Positions 47,873 to 58,019 of a stretch of DNA of 64,000 nucleotides are shown here, piece by piece. The notes under the pieces were generated by a model that made no database searches, was not told the DNA's origin, and saw nothing but the letters and a program-made list of their open reading frames with translations. The stretch is from an uncultured Gammaproteobacteria bacterium (lineage in GTDB: Bacteria; Patescibacteriota; Microgenomatia; Daviesbacterales; UBA10151): the NCBI GenBank assembly GCA_964504665.1, contig CAZDEH010000003.1:1140-65139 (forward strand). The letters run 5' to 3'. Both the position numbers and the translations under genes were made by a program. How positions within the stretch are numbered: the first letter of the stretch is position 1; the number at the start of each line of letters is the position of its first letter.

Positions 47873-49063
47873 ATGAAAATAGGTTTTGATGGATCCCGTG
47901 CTTTTTTCAATAATAAGACCGGCACGGAAAATTATTCCTTTCAACTCTTAAAACACCTAGCTAAAATTGACAGTAAAAACCAATATATCATTTATTTAAG
48001 ACCTTTAGCCTCGCAAGGACCAGCCTTGCAAGGCTGGCCGACTAATTTCCATTTTACTATGATTCCTTATTCAAGACTATGGACTCAATTTGGCTTAGCT
48101 CAACAAACTTTTAAAGATAAAATTGATGTGCTATTTGTTCCTGCCCACACACTCCCCTTAATTAGAAAACCCGGACTTAAAACTGTAGTCACAGTACATG
48201 ACTTAGGTGCAGAGTACTTACCACAAACTCATCAATTAAAACAAAGGGTATATTTAAAATTGATAACTGATTTTCAACTTAAATCTGCCGGATATCTTAT
48301 TGCCGTATCAAGGAATACTAAAGATGATCTGGTGAAAAAAGTCCATATTAATCCTAATAAAATCACTGTTATATATGAAGGATATGATAAAACAGCATTT
48401 AAACCCTTAAAAACTGATGAATTAAAAGATACTTTAAACTATTACGATTTAGAAAGAGATAGATATTTCTTATTTGTGGGAACCATCCAACCAAGAAAGA
48501 ATTTAGAAAGGTTAATTAAAGCTTTTGCTAATTTTTTAGCGGGTGGTGCGAGCCGGGGCGCCCCATATTTTTATTATGGGGCTGGCGAGCAACAGGACCC
48601 GTTAAAGCCCCGAACAAAAAAAATACAACTTATCCTAACTGGTTCTAAAGGTTGGCTTTCAGAAGAAATTTATGAACTTCCTAAAAAGCTTGGTATCGAA
48701 AATCAAGTGAAGTTTTTAGGCTATGTTCCTGACAAGAATTTACCGGCGCTTTACAGCGGAGCTACCGCCTTACTTTTCCCTTCCTTATTTGAAGGTTTTG
48801 GACTACCTCTACTTGAAGCTATGGCTTGTGGAACACCGGTTTTAACATCTAATCTTTCTTCTATGCCGGAGATTTCAGGAAAAGCAGCACTCCTTGTAGA
48901 TCCTTACTCTGAAGAACAAATCGCGCAAGGAATTAATAGGCTATTTTACGATCAAAAACTAAAAAATCAGCTGAAAAAACTGGGAATTGCGCAAGCCCAA
49001 AAATATTCCTGGGAAAGATGTGCTGAGGAAACCTTAAAACTACTTGAAGCTACTTCAGATTAA
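47873..49063 (+). CDS. GT4 family glycosyltransferase
   Basis: VGTIQPRKN, FPSLFEGFGLPLLEAMACG. Confidence 0.95.
   Translation: MKIGFDGSRAFFNNKTGTENYSFQLLKHLAKIDSKNQYIIYLRPLASQGPALQGWPTNFHFTMIPYSRLWTQFGLAQQTFKDKIDVLFVPAHTLPLIRKPGLKTVVTVHDLGAEYLPQTHQLKQRVYLKLITDFQLKSAGYLIAVSRNTKDDLVKKVHINPNKITVIYEGYDKTAFKPLKTDELKDTLNYYDLERDRYFLFVGTIQPRKNLERLIKAFANFLAGGASRGAPYFYYGAGEQQDPLKPRTKKIQLILTGSKGWLSEEIYELPKKLGIENQVKFLGYVPDKNLPALYSGATALLFPSLFEGFGLPLLEAMACGTPVLTSNLSSMPEISGKAALLVDPYSEEQIAQGINRLFYDQKLKNQLKKLGIAQAQKYSWERCAEETLKLLEATSD
48006..48036. repeat. REP family A, in frame in GT4
   Basis: TAGCCTCGCAAGG-accag-CCTTGCAAGGCTG, encodes ASQGPALQG. Confidence 0.85.
48541..48600. repeat. Repeat family F, in frame in GT4
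   Basis: GGGTGGTGCGAGCCGGGGCGCCCC...GGGGCTGGCGAGCAACAGGACCC, near-identical arms at 56320-56400. Confidence 0.85.
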
Positions 49064-50243
49064 TTCCAAATAAATTTGGGATTGTGGCTGTTGGGGTATT
49101 AAAGGTAGTTAAAACCACCAACCTACTAGAATCTAACCAGGGAAAAACGTTTACATCTTCAAATTTACCGGCAAAAATAGCTGATATATTTAATCCATCA
49201 TACTCCCCTATACTGATTTTATCCTCCAGAATTAAGATTATATGCCTAGAATCAGGTAACCAATAATATGCTTTTGCCTCAAGTAAATCAAACTCTTTAT
49301 TAGTCATCAGATCATAAACTTTAAAGCCTTTAAGCAAGTCTCCAGTCTTCAGATTCGTCCCGATTTTATCGGAACTGTCAGCTTTCAGACTACCAGTTAT
49401 TATTTTTGATTCATCAGGAGACCATTTTAAAACAGCGGAGCTAGACGCAATCTGTTGAATTTTTAAATTAGGAATAAGTGCTAGTCTTACCTCATCCTTA
49501 ATCTTTTGATCTTCATCCCAACCCTTCAGTGTATTTTCAATCAAAGGAGTTATATCTTTTAAATCACTGAGCGAGGTTTGATAGTCAGCAGATATCAAAA
49601 AATTTCTGGCAGCAGCATCACCTACTACTCCCCCTTCTTGCATAGTTACTAACAGTTGTTTGGAATCCGGTGACCATTTAAAAGTGCTTTTCGAAAAATC
49701 CAAGGTAGTCGTTGAAATAACTACTTGATGAGGTTCTGCTCCTCTGTTAAATGATAAGGGTTGTGTGGTCATAGTCCAAACCCAAATACCTCCTTTTTGC
49801 CTTGAATGCTGATCAGAGGTTAAAGGGACAGCAAAGACAAGTTTCTGCCCATCCGGAGATAATATTGGATTTATCACACCGTTATAGGTTAGGGGATAAA
49901 TGGTGGGTAAAGCAGGAAATAGCGTGGCTTTAATCTCCGAAACTATTCCCTCTTTAACCTCAATATTTTTTTCCCAGGGGATAAACCCTTCTTTAATAAG
50001 TTTAATGTTATAAGATTTAGGAGTCAGTTGTGAAAGAGTCGCATTTGTAGCAGTAGCCAAATGCCCGTCTATATAGACTGAAGCTCCATCAGGAACTGAG
50101 GTAGCTGTAATAATACCTGTTCCTGATATCCTTTTCTCTGTAGGAGAAAAAGTATAACCCTTACTTAGATATATCGTTATCCCGGCAATAATCCCAATAA
50201 ATAATATTGTGGCTAATGTAATAACAAACCTCTTACTAATCAT
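49050..50243 (-). CDS. PEGA-domain protein with WD40/TolB-like repeats
   Basis: SVPDGASVYIDG, KEGFIPW, SPDG/WSPD repeats. Confidence 0.88.
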   Translation of the reverse strand: MISKRFVITLATILFIGIIAGITIYLSKGYTFSPTEKRISGTGIITATSVPDGASVYIDGHLATATNATLSQLTPKSYNIKLIKEGFIPWEKNIEVKEGIVSEIKATLFPALPTIYPLTYNGVINPILSPDGQKLVFAVPLTSDQHSRQKGGIWVWTMTTQPLSFNRGAEPHQVVISTTTLDFSKSTFKWSPDSKQLLVTMQEGGVVGDAAARNFLISADYQTSLSDLKDITPLIENTLKGWDEDQKIKDEVRLALIPNLKIQQIASSSAVLKWSPDESKIITGSLKADSSDKIGTNLKTGDLLKGFKVYDLMTNKEFDLLEAKAYYWLPDSRHIILILEDKISIGEYDGLNISAIFAGKFEDVNVFPWLDSSRLVVLTTFNTPTATIPNLFGINLK

Positions 50244-50246
50244 TAG

Positions 50247-50966
50247 TTAATTATACCCTGCGAGTCTTGCCCGTACAACTAAACGGTTGATAGTCGTTCC
50301 CGGAGGGTCACAGGTTTGCAAAGTTAAGACAGGTTGGTCATAGGTTTGGACTAAAAAATTTATGTTACTTGGCTCAGTGATGGTTTTATCATAAACAATA
50401 TAATCAAAACGTTTGCCTTTATAAAAAAGTATGATCTTATCTCCAGTATCCATCTTTCCCAGAAGATAAAACACAGCATTGTACCTTACTACATCCCAGG
50501 GGGCATTTACTGAGTGGGAAAATAAATAAATATTACCATTTTCCCCAGGGAATACAGTACCTTTAGCATGAGCTATACCTTGTGACAATGCCTGCATATA
50601 TTCTTTTTCATTACCCGGATCAACATTCGCAATAATTTTAGCATTAGCATTTATTTTTTCTATCACAATTCCAAAATCGGTTGAGACAGGAACAATTGTT
50701 TTTTGCTCTTCACCAAATATATCACCAAAACCAGATCTATTTTCTTTAGGTGTGGGTGTTAATGTGGGGATTTCTTCCCCCACGGATGTAACTACTTTAG
50801 GTAAAACTGCTTTTCTCCCTGTAGCTTCCCCTAAATTATACTTAACCTCTTCCAAAGAAACCGGTTCAATAATCAAAATCACGGTCACAATACCTATTAA
50901 TATAAACAAATAGCTCAAAAAATGAACTATAAAAGCACTATAATAGTGTGATAATATTTTTTTCAT
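50247..50966 (-). CDS. Sortase family protein
   Basis: GN.Y.FSH, LTLQTC, RLVV.A. Start at ATG 50966. Confidence 0.92.
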   Translation of the reverse strand: MKKILSHYYSAFIVHFLSYLFILIGIVTVILIIEPVSLEEVKYNLGEATGRKAVLPKVVTSVGEEIPTLTPTPKENRSGFGDIFGEEQKTIVPVSTDFGIVIEKINANAKIIANVDPGNEKEYMQALSQGIAHAKGTVFPGENGNIYLFSHSVNAPWDVVRYNAVFYLLGKMDTGDKIILFYKGKRFDYIVYDKTITEPSNINFLVQTYDQPVLTLQTCDPPGTTINRLVVRARLAGYN

Positions 50967-50969
50967 CAG

Positions 50970-51042
50970 TATCCCTGGAGGGATTTGCACCCCCGACCTT
51001 TCCCTTAGGACGGGACCGCTCTATCTACTGAGCTACAGGGAC
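50970..51042 (-). tRNA. tRNA-Arg(CCT) with TGC T-loop
   Basis: GTCCCTG/CAGGGAT acceptor stem, loop GTCCTAA, GGTGCAAATCC. Confidence 0.9.
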
Positions 51043-51099
51043 AAAACATCTATAATAATGATTATACCAGTTATAATTGTTATAATCTTCTAAATTATA

Positions 51100-51195
51100 C
51101 GGGGACTAGTTCACCCGCCTGCTAGCGCCTGAGCGCCCGCCTGCTTCGATAGGCGAAGCATTTCGGGCAGGCAGCGATGGCGGGCAGGTCGGTAG
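51100..51195 (+). pseudogene. 5' fragment of a tRNA-Pro-like gene interrupted by nested palindromes
   Basis: CGGGGACTAGTTCA, then a nested insert at 51114-51188, then TCGGTAG. Confidence 0.45.
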
Positions 51196-51208
51196 CCCGC
51201 CAAAATTT

Positions 51209-51280
51209 CGGGGATTGGCGCAGTGGTAGCGCGCTCGGTTCGGGACCGAGAGACCGGCAGTTCAAATCTGCCATCCCCGA
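51209..51280 (+). tRNA. tRNA-Pro(CGG)
   Basis: CGGGGAT/ATCCCCG acceptor stem, TTCGGGA loop, GTTCAAATC. Confidence 0.95.
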
Positions 51281-51298
51281 CAAATAGAAGACTAAAAA

Positions 51299-52156
51299 TT
51301 AAGCTGAAAGAGAGTCTGGTTCTGTAGTTAACAATCTACTGTCTAAATCACGAGGATTATAGCTGATGGCCCTTAAGGCACTTACCACCAGTGACCCACG
51401 CTCTTCAAACACCCTTTGTATTGCTAGAAGTTCTCTTCCTCTACCAACACCCAACATCCTCTTAGGTTCTTTTTCTGAAAAAATAAACATGGATTTTCTA
51501 GTTGCAACAGATCGTCCTGCAAGCTCCATGACTATTCTTCTTAACTCCCCAACTTCTCTTTGCACAGATAAAATAGAATCACTGCCATGTACCAAATTAT
51601 TGGGCAGGTTTTCTTCAATGGCATGTCTCCCGCGGATAGAATCCGGGTCTGCCTGTTTGGGGTGAGTTGCCCCCATTCTACCTCTCCACCAGCTGACAGC
51701 ATCTCCCTGCTCACGGTAAATTAACATAAAGGTTAAGGGGCCTGACTGAGCATGGCTGGAAATCATATCCCAAATCTCTCTAGGATATTTATCCTTAGCA
51801 TCCTGATAAAATCGTTCTACATCATGGTTTGAGAGTTTGGTAGAAAAAGTAAAAACAACATTATCATGCTCAGTCTCATCCATAAGCATATCTGCAGCTG
51901 CTTGGTCATCAGAAGACAATCCCTTACTTACATTTACCTGAGGTTTAATTAACCCTAAGGTTATTTTCCCCTCTGCTATAAGCTTGTCAAGTTCCGGATG
52001 ATGTAATACCTTATTAATTCTATTTAATTTTTGCTGTTCCAACTCTCCTAAAGCTACTTCACCGGAACGGATACCATCTGTAACCTCCGCTGCTAATCCT
52101 CTGTTATGAGAATTAAATACATATGGTGTTTCTATATTAAATATTTCTCTACTCAT
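51299..52156 (-). CDS. ndk: Nucleoside diphosphate kinase with extensions
   Basis: TLGLIKP, SGP, MGATHP..A...SIRG, NLVHGSDS. Confidence 0.88.
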   Translation of the reverse strand: MSREIFNIETPYVFNSHNRGLAAEVTDGIRSGEVALGELEQQKLNRINKVLHHPELDKLIAEGKITLGLIKPQVNVSKGLSSDDQAAADMLMDETEHDNVVFTFSTKLSNHDVERFYQDAKDKYPREIWDMISSHAQSGPLTFMLIYREQGDAVSWWRGRMGATHPKQADPDSIRGRHAIEENLPNNLVHGSDSILSVQREVGELRRIVMELAGRSVATRKSMFIFSEKEPKRMLGVGRGRELLAIQRVFEERGSLVVSALRAISYNPRDLDSRLLTTEPDSLSA

Positions 52157-52429
52157 TTTTTTGGCGCTTCCCTTTCTTATTTCTTTTTATCAAGGAATTT
52201 TATAAAATTATCCAGAACTTGAATCTCTTTGAGGATTTTTTTCTTTTTAATGTTCTGCTTATTATCCTGATCGCTTATCATTATTGCATCAAAAAACAGA
52301 TTGACTTTTTTTGTGAAGCCACGATATCATAGCATCTTATTGTCTAAAATTCAAGTAGCTATCCACCACAAAAAATCTGTGAATTTCACAGCTAACGAGA
52401 CTTAAAAAGTTTATTAGCCCAAGAAGAAA

Positions 52430-53503
52430 TTACTCTTCTGTTAAAATTTTAGCCATTTGTTTAAGTAAAGCTACCACTACCGGAGCAGGCATCAAACTAT
52501 GAGATTCCACTCCTTGGTTATCTTGCACTACCCAAGGACTTTCATGAGTACTCACGGTCTTGGTTTGTTCATCAAATTGATAGCTAAAAGCAGGTGTCAG
52601 CTCATATTTATCAAAAAGTTCTTCTGCCTGGCTTACAGGAATAGAATTCCGCAACAGTATGTTGGGGATACCGGAAAGTTTAAAAGACTCATCTATAATT
52701 TCCTGATCTTTTGCAAGCCTCTCTTTAATTGGGTCTATCCCTAATTCATCACCCTCTTTACTAACCATAATGGCTTTATTGCAAGATGGATTATCGCATC
52801 TCAGATAATATTCTTTTGTCTTTTCATCATATTCTACAATAGAGGTTGGTAATAATCTGATGTTGCGTGGAGCTTGACAGATAGGACAGATCCGGCGGAA
52901 TTTAATTCTTTCATTGATCACAGAGTCCGGAATATCAATCAAAATGTACATGTCTTGATCCGCTCCTCTCCCAACAATTTCCTTAAAATATAATGAGCAA
53001 GATATTTGATCAATTTCTCGCGGGTATCCATCCAGAAAAACACTTTTTCCGGCTAACTCATCAAATTTTACCCTGAGCATTGCCAGGATAAACTCTGAGG
53101 GGAGTAATTTACTGGCAGAACGACCCAAGAATCTTTCAACTGCCTCGTCAAAACTCAAAGGTCCCCTATAAAATGATTTTAATTTTTTGCCTTGCTCACC
53201 TTTAGAATAATTCTCCCAATCAGCATGTACTTCCCTCACCAAATCACCCACAGAAAGATGAACTATTTTTTCTTTTCCGATCAAATTGGAAAATATTTTT
53301 GAATACGTTCCTTTACCGGCATTCTTTTTCCCCACAAAGAAAGCAATGAAGTTTCGTTTTTCTAAAGCTTTTTTGATAATTTCAATTTCTTTTCCTGTTT
53401 TAGCTTGAAAATACGCCTGCAACGAATCGGGATTGGTTAAATCATAAACTTTAGTCACATCTTGTGTTTTAGCACCAATTAAAGGAAAATTAGTTTTTGT
53501 CAT
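52430..53503 (-). CDS. Adenylate kinase-like P-loop kinase with Zn lid
   Basis: GKKNAGKGT, HLSVGDLVR, LDGYPR, RRICPIC. Confidence 0.8.
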   Translation of the reverse strand: MTKTNFPLIGAKTQDVTKVYDLTNPDSLQAYFQAKTGKEIEIIKKALEKRNFIAFFVGKKNAGKGTYSKIFSNLIGKEKIVHLSVGDLVREVHADWENYSKGEQGKKLKSFYRGPLSFDEAVERFLGRSASKLLPSEFILAMLRVKFDELAGKSVFLDGYPREIDQISCSLYFKEIVGRGADQDMYILIDIPDSVINERIKFRRICPICQAPRNIRLLPTSIVEYDEKTKEYYLRCDNPSCNKAIMVSKEGDELGIDPIKERLAKDQEIIDESFKLSGIPNILLRNSIPVSQAEELFDKYELTPAFSYQFDEQTKTVSTHESPWVVQDNQGVESHSLMPAPVVVALLKQMAKILTEE

Positions 53504-54642
53504 TATTCCACCTCTATATCTGAAATATTGTAACTGCCATCAGCATAAACGTCAACGGTAGCAAATCTGGGAGCCTCTGTATTCCGTTCTTTGGTTATTG
53601 CTCCAACTGTAACCATATTCATATTACTTGCCATATCAGTGTATGAAGTATATGCATGAATATCACCGGCAAAGATTCCTGCCACACCCGCATTTTTAAA
53701 ATTATTTAGCAGCTCCTTAGCCTGCTCTTTAATTTTAGTATTTTCCAATATGGCTGGATCTGTTTTTCTGGCAGAGCCCGCTTCGCCGAATCGAGACGAG
53801 TCCGCTTCGCCAGTCTTGCGAGGCGAGCCCATGACTTGATCTGAGGTTGGATGAACCAATGGTTCATGTAGAAAGATATAGATTGACTTAGATTGATTAG
53901 TCTGCACCTTATTTAATTCATTTTTTAACCAGTTAAATTGTAAATCGTCTACCCCATTATAATTATCAGAGTTAAAAGTAAGAATAAATCTGACACCGGA
54001 ATCGGAAAAAGCCTGATAAGGCATACCAAATACCTGGCTATAATTATTGACCGCAACACTACCTTTATCCCGAGAGTCCCACAAATCATGATCTCCCGGG
54101 ATGACATAAAAAGGTAAGCCGCTTGTCTCAAAAACCTGCTTGGCATCCTCCAACTCCTTAATTGTTCCCACATCACTAAAATCTCCCAAACCAATCACAA
54201 ACTTTGCTCCACCTGCTTTAGCTTGAGCTAAGGCTTTTTTTAAATCTTCATTGTTGTTATGTGAATCTGCTACAAGGGCAAATTTAAAAAGCGGAGATCC
54301 GCTTTTCTTTGTGGGACGGGAAGTATTGTTATTTTCCGGTGCATCGTTGTTATTCAAGGACAATTTTAGATCTTTAGCAGGACTAAAACTTAAGACACCG
54401 GCAATCATTTTGGTCGTTTCCTCTGAAGTAATAAGCCCAATAATTGCCTGTTTAGGGTTAGCTGGAAACTCATTCACAGCTTTCGTAATAGGATCACCCT
54501 CAAGTATATTCCCTGAAAAATATTTAAAAGCCTGAATCAGAGCTACTCCTAAAATTAAAAATAAAACCAGGGAAATAAACAGCCTCAAGATAGTCAAAGG
54601 CAGTGGTACTCCGTGTCTCCGATTTTCAGACCGATGAAACAT
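53503..54642 (-). CDS. Membrane-anchored calcineurin-like metallophosphoesterase
   Basis: DSH, GD.SD.G, PGDHD, HEP, GDIH. Confidence 0.9.
   Translation of the reverse strand: MFHRSENRRHGVPLPLTILRLFISLVLFLILGVALIQAFKYFSGNILEGDPITKAVNEFPANPKQAIIGLITSEETTKMIAGVLSFSPAKDLKLSLNNNDAPENNNTSRPTKKSGSPLFKFALVADSHNNNEDLKKALAQAKAGGAKFVIGLGDFSDVGTIKELEDAKQVFETSGLPFYVIPGDHDLWDSRDKGSVAVNNYSQVFGMPYQAFSDSGVRFILTFNSDNYNGVDDLQFNWLKNELNKVQTNQSKSIYIFLHEPLVHPTSDQVMGSPRKTGEADSSRFGEAGSARKTDPAILENTKIKEQAKELLNNFKNAGVAGIFAGDIHAYTSYTDMASNMNMVTVGAITKERNTEAPRFATVDVYADGSYNISDIEVE
53777..53829. repeat. Repeat family C, two tandem units, in frame
   Basis: CCGCTTCGCC...GRCGAG twice. Same family at 59094-59134. Confidence 0.8.
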
Positions 54643-54659
54643 AATATTAATTATACACG

Positions 54660-56294
54660 CTACATTCTTTCCGGCGCTTCAATCCCCATAATTTTAAGTG
54701 TATTACCCAAAACAATTTTGCAGGCTGAAACTAAAGCCAGTCTGGATTTTTTTAAATCATCCGTTTCAGCATTAAGTACTCTGCAGGATTCATAAAACTT
54801 ATGGAATAAATCTGCCAATTTTATAACATAAGCTGTTAATTTATGAACATGATAGGTTTCCGCTATCTCTGCTATCAAATCAGGAAACTGAACTAAATGT
54901 TTAATTAAGGATAGTTCTAAGTGATTTAATTTAGCCACGCCAAGCGAGGCTTGGGAGCCCACATCGGCTTTATTTAAAATATTAGACATTCTGGCATGAG
55001 CATATTTAACATAATAGACAGGGTTTTTTTGTGATTTTTCTTTGGCTAAATCCAGATCAAAATTCATATGAGTATGCATATCATACATTAGAAAGAAAAA
55101 ACGGATTTCGTCTTTACCAATTGTCTGCAATAGCTCATCCAAAGCAACATAAGTACCTGCCCTTTTACTCATTCTTACTTCTTGTCCATTTTTTATAAGC
55201 TTCACCATCTGGAATAGGACAAAATCTAACCACTCAGTTTTAGTAATAGCTTCCACACTCAACTTTAATCTAACTACATAACTATGATGGTCAGCTCCCA
55301 GAAAATTTATCCTTTTTACGTAACCACGCTTGAACATCTCCAGGTGATGAATAATATCTGGCAGCAAATAGGTGGGTTCGGCTCTACCACGCACATCAAC
55401 TGACGTCATCAACACCCGATCTTTTTCATCCCCAAATTGACTTGATTTGAACCAGACTGCTCCGTCTTTTTTATAAGATAATCCTTTCTCTTCTAATAAT
55501 TTAACTGTTTTTTGGATTAAATCTCTTTCATGCAGACTTCGTTCGGAATAATACTCATCAAATTTAATTCCCATTTTTTTTATTGCCGGCTTAATTTCAT
55601 GATCCATAAGATAATCTGCCAGGATATAACCTAATTCCTGAGACTCTAAATCCAGTTTGTCTACAAATTTAACAGCTAATTCTTTAATATATTCACCCTG
55701 ATAATGTTCTTCTTTAGACTCAATTTTTCCTGCAGCAGAGAGCACAGATTCACCAAGTATTCTGATCTGATTACCAGTATCATTAACATAATATTCTCTA
55801 TTGACCTCAAATCCATTCCAGCTTAAAACGTTAGCTAGTGTATCCCCAAGTGACCCTCCCCTACCATTAGCTAGTGTTAAAGGACCTGTTGGATTAGCAG
55901 AAATATACTCAACCTGAATTTTTTTACCCTTCCCAAAATCAGACTTGCCAAAATCTTCACCCTCTTTTAAAATAACCTCCAAGCTTTTTACTAATATCTC
56001 ATCTTTAATATAAAAGTTAATAAAGCCCGGACCAGCAACTTCTATTTTATCCAAATATGGAAGGGTTCTTAAATTTTCCAAAATTTTATTAGCAATCTCT
56101 TGCGAAGTTTGCTTGCCTTTTTCTGATTTCTGTTTAGCAAGCTGCAAAGCGATGTTCGAAGTATAGTCTCCAAAGGATGAATTTTGTGGAATATCACAAA
56201 CTATATCAATGGTTTTAAAAACCTGCCTGTCGGCAGGCAGACCTAAATCTTCTACAGCTTTTTTTAAGTCACCAACTAACTGCTGCTTAATCAT
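54660..56294 (-). CDS. argS: Arginine--tRNA ligase
   Basis: GPGFIN, SANPTGPL, GADHH, MSKR, YAHAR, APERM. Confidence 0.98.
   Translation of the reverse strand: MIKQQLVGDLKKAVEDLGLPADRQVFKTIDIVCDIPQNSSFGDYTSNIALQLAKQKSEKGKQTSQEIANKILENLRTLPYLDKIEVAGPGFINFYIKDEILVKSLEVILKEGEDFGKSDFGKGKKIQVEYISANPTGPLTLANGRGGSLGDTLANVLSWNGFEVNREYYVNDTGNQIRILGESVLSAAGKIESKEEHYQGEYIKELAVKFVDKLDLESQELGYILADYLMDHEIKPAIKKMGIKFDEYYSERSLHERDLIQKTVKLLEEKGLSYKKDGAVWFKSSQFGDEKDRVLMTSVDVRGRAEPTYLLPDIIHHLEMFKRGYVKRINFLGADHHSYVVRLKLSVEAITKTEWLDFVLFQMVKLIKNGQEVRMSKRAGTYVALDELLQTIGKDEIRFFFLMYDMHTHMNFDLDLAKEKSQKNPVYYVKYAHARMSNILNKADVGSQASLGVAKLNHLELSLIKHLVQFPDLIAEIAETYHVHKLTAYVIKLADLFHKFYESCRVLNAETDDLKKSRLALVSACKIVLGNTLKIMGIEAPERM
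54932..54958. repeat. REP-like palindrome, in frame in argS
   Basis: CCAAGC-gag-GCTTGG GC-rich hairpin, family A-like. Confidence 0.5.
56221..56240. repeat. Palindrome CCTGCCTGTCGGCAGGCAG, in frame in argS
   Basis: Hairpin encoding LPADRQV. Confidence 0.75.
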
Positions 56295-56319
56295 AAATTA
56301 ATCATAACATATATACGAT

Positions 56320-56400
56320 GGGTGGTGCGAGTCGGGGCGCCCCATCGAACACCCGCAACGAAGTGAGGATGTCGGATGGGGCTGACGAGCAATAGGACCC
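56320..56400. repeat. Repeat family F, intergenic, with a different central loop
   Basis: Arms match 48541-48600. Confidence 0.85.
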
Positions 56401-56401
56401 A

Positions 56402-57385
56402 TCATTTTTTTGATAATTTCCATACCCCTACTCCCAACATTAAATAATACCCTATCCACATCAATATCCCTGTTTGGTTAATATTAATACTGGCCCCAGG
56501 TATTTTGGAAAATAGCTGAACGATATAAATAAAGTAGGTCAGTAAAATTCCCGGTATTAAACCCACAATTTGACCCAAGAGTTGACTGATCAAACCTAAA
56601 ATCATAGCCACAAAACCTGAAATCATCACGATTGGCACACTCCAAAGAACTAAACTATTTGTAAGGAGTCCTGCAATAGAAATTTGATTAAAATTATAGG
56701 CAATCACTGGTAATACCATCAGTTGAGCAGCTAAAGTTACGGCAAAATCTTCTCTCATTAGCTTGGGGATCTTTTTTATAGCTTCAGAAAAAATTGGAGC
56801 TACCACTATTACTCCAAATGTAGCCAGAAAACTGAGCTGAAAAGAAATATTTAGCAACCAATTTGGTTGATAAAGTAACATCAGGCCTCCGGTAAACAGT
56901 AAAATCCACCAACCAGTTCCCTCCCTGCCTAACAGCTTTCCTGTATAGGAGAGTCCTGCCATAATAGCCGCCCTAACTACCGGCACTCCAAAGCCTGTTA
57001 ACACACTATAAAATATAATTACTCCTAAAGTGAATATTATTGTTTTTCTCCTGCCTAATAAACTTACCAGACTCATGACAAATCCTGCCAAAATAGTTAA
57101 ATTTTGACCTGAAACTACCACAATATGAATGGTTGAAGTTATCTGTAATTGCTTTTTAAAATAAAATGGTAAACTCGACTGATTCCCTAAAATAATGCCT
57201 GAAAGTAGGGCTGACTGAGGATAAGGTAAGATACGGTCAATAGTTTGAGATAGCGACGATCTAAGAGGCAAAAATAGCTGAACACCTTCTTCTTTATAAG
57301 TGGGGTCAACTCCCCCAATTTGGATTACCCTAAAACTAAATAATATAGCCCAAATTATGATAATCCCAATAATAACCTTGTACAT
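56402..57385 (-). CDS. comEC: ComEC/Rec2 competence protein (competence domain only)
   Basis: HIVVVSGQN, VVRAAIM, SFQLSFLAT. Confidence 0.93.
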   Translation of the reverse strand: MYKVIIGIIIIWAILFSFRVIQIGGVDPTYKEEGVQLFLPLRSSLSQTIDRILPYPQSALLSGIILGNQSSLPFYFKKQLQITSTIHIVVVSGQNLTILAGFVMSLVSLLGRRKTIIFTLGVIIFYSVLTGFGVPVVRAAIMAGLSYTGKLLGREGTGWWILLFTGGLMLLYQPNWLLNISFQLSFLATFGVIVVAPIFSEAIKKIPKLMREDFAVTLAAQLMVLPVIAYNFNQISIAGLLTNSLVLWSVPIVMISGFVAMILGLISQLLGQIVGLIPGILLTYFIYIVQLFSKIPGASININQTGILMWIGYYLMLGVGVWKLSKK

Positions 57386-57387
57386 TG

Positions 57388-58017
57388 TTACCAAACATTA
57401 ACTAACCCCTTGATCTTTTCATAAACTGACCTGGAGACTACTTTTTTAGTTAAGAGATCCTCTATGCCTGAATATGGTCTATTATCAATAATTTTCTGGG
57501 CAGTAACCGGTCCAACACCAGATAATTTATCTAAATCAGCCGGGGTGGCAGTGTTAATATTTATAAGTACTTGCTGGTTTGAAATGGTGTCATTTGACAC
57601 CAACACAGAACTTACCTGTGATGTTTCCCCTGTTGATGGCACATAAATCTTCATTCCATCTACCACCTTTTGGGCTAAATTTATAGTTTTTGATAAATAT
57701 GTCGGGTCTACTGACTCTGTTACTCCTCCGGCTATTTTTAGGGCATCTTCAACCCTAGCATCAAAAGGCAATGAATAAACACCGGGAGTTTTTACTGCAC
57801 CTGAAACATCAACTTTTACTTCTTGTACTTTTTTAACACCGCTGACTTCAGAAGCAGAAACTAAAGGTGGTAATTGTTTTGAGGACTTAATGAAAGTTTT
57901 GGGGATAATCCCGGAAGAAATAATACCACCAATCAGTAGAACAAAACCCACTATTCCCACAATAATTGGCACTTTTAATCTAGCTAGCGAATCATCCAGA
58001 TTACTTTCCAAGTTCAT
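57388..58017 (-). CDS. comEA: ComEA DNA receptor (SLBB plus HhH)
   Basis: VDVSGAV..PGVY, ININTA...L..L.GVG...AQKII..RPY. Confidence 0.95.
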   Translation of the reverse strand: MNLESNLDDSLARLKVPIIVGIVGFVLLIGGIISSGIIPKTFIKSSKQLPPLVSASEVSGVKKVQEVKVDVSGAVKTPGVYSLPFDARVEDALKIAGGVTESVDPTYLSKTINLAQKVVDGMKIYVPSTGETSQVSSVLVSNDTISNQQVLININTATPADLDKLSGVGPVTAQKIIDNRPYSGIEDLLTKKVVSRSVYEKIKGLVNVW

Positions 58018-58019
58018 AT

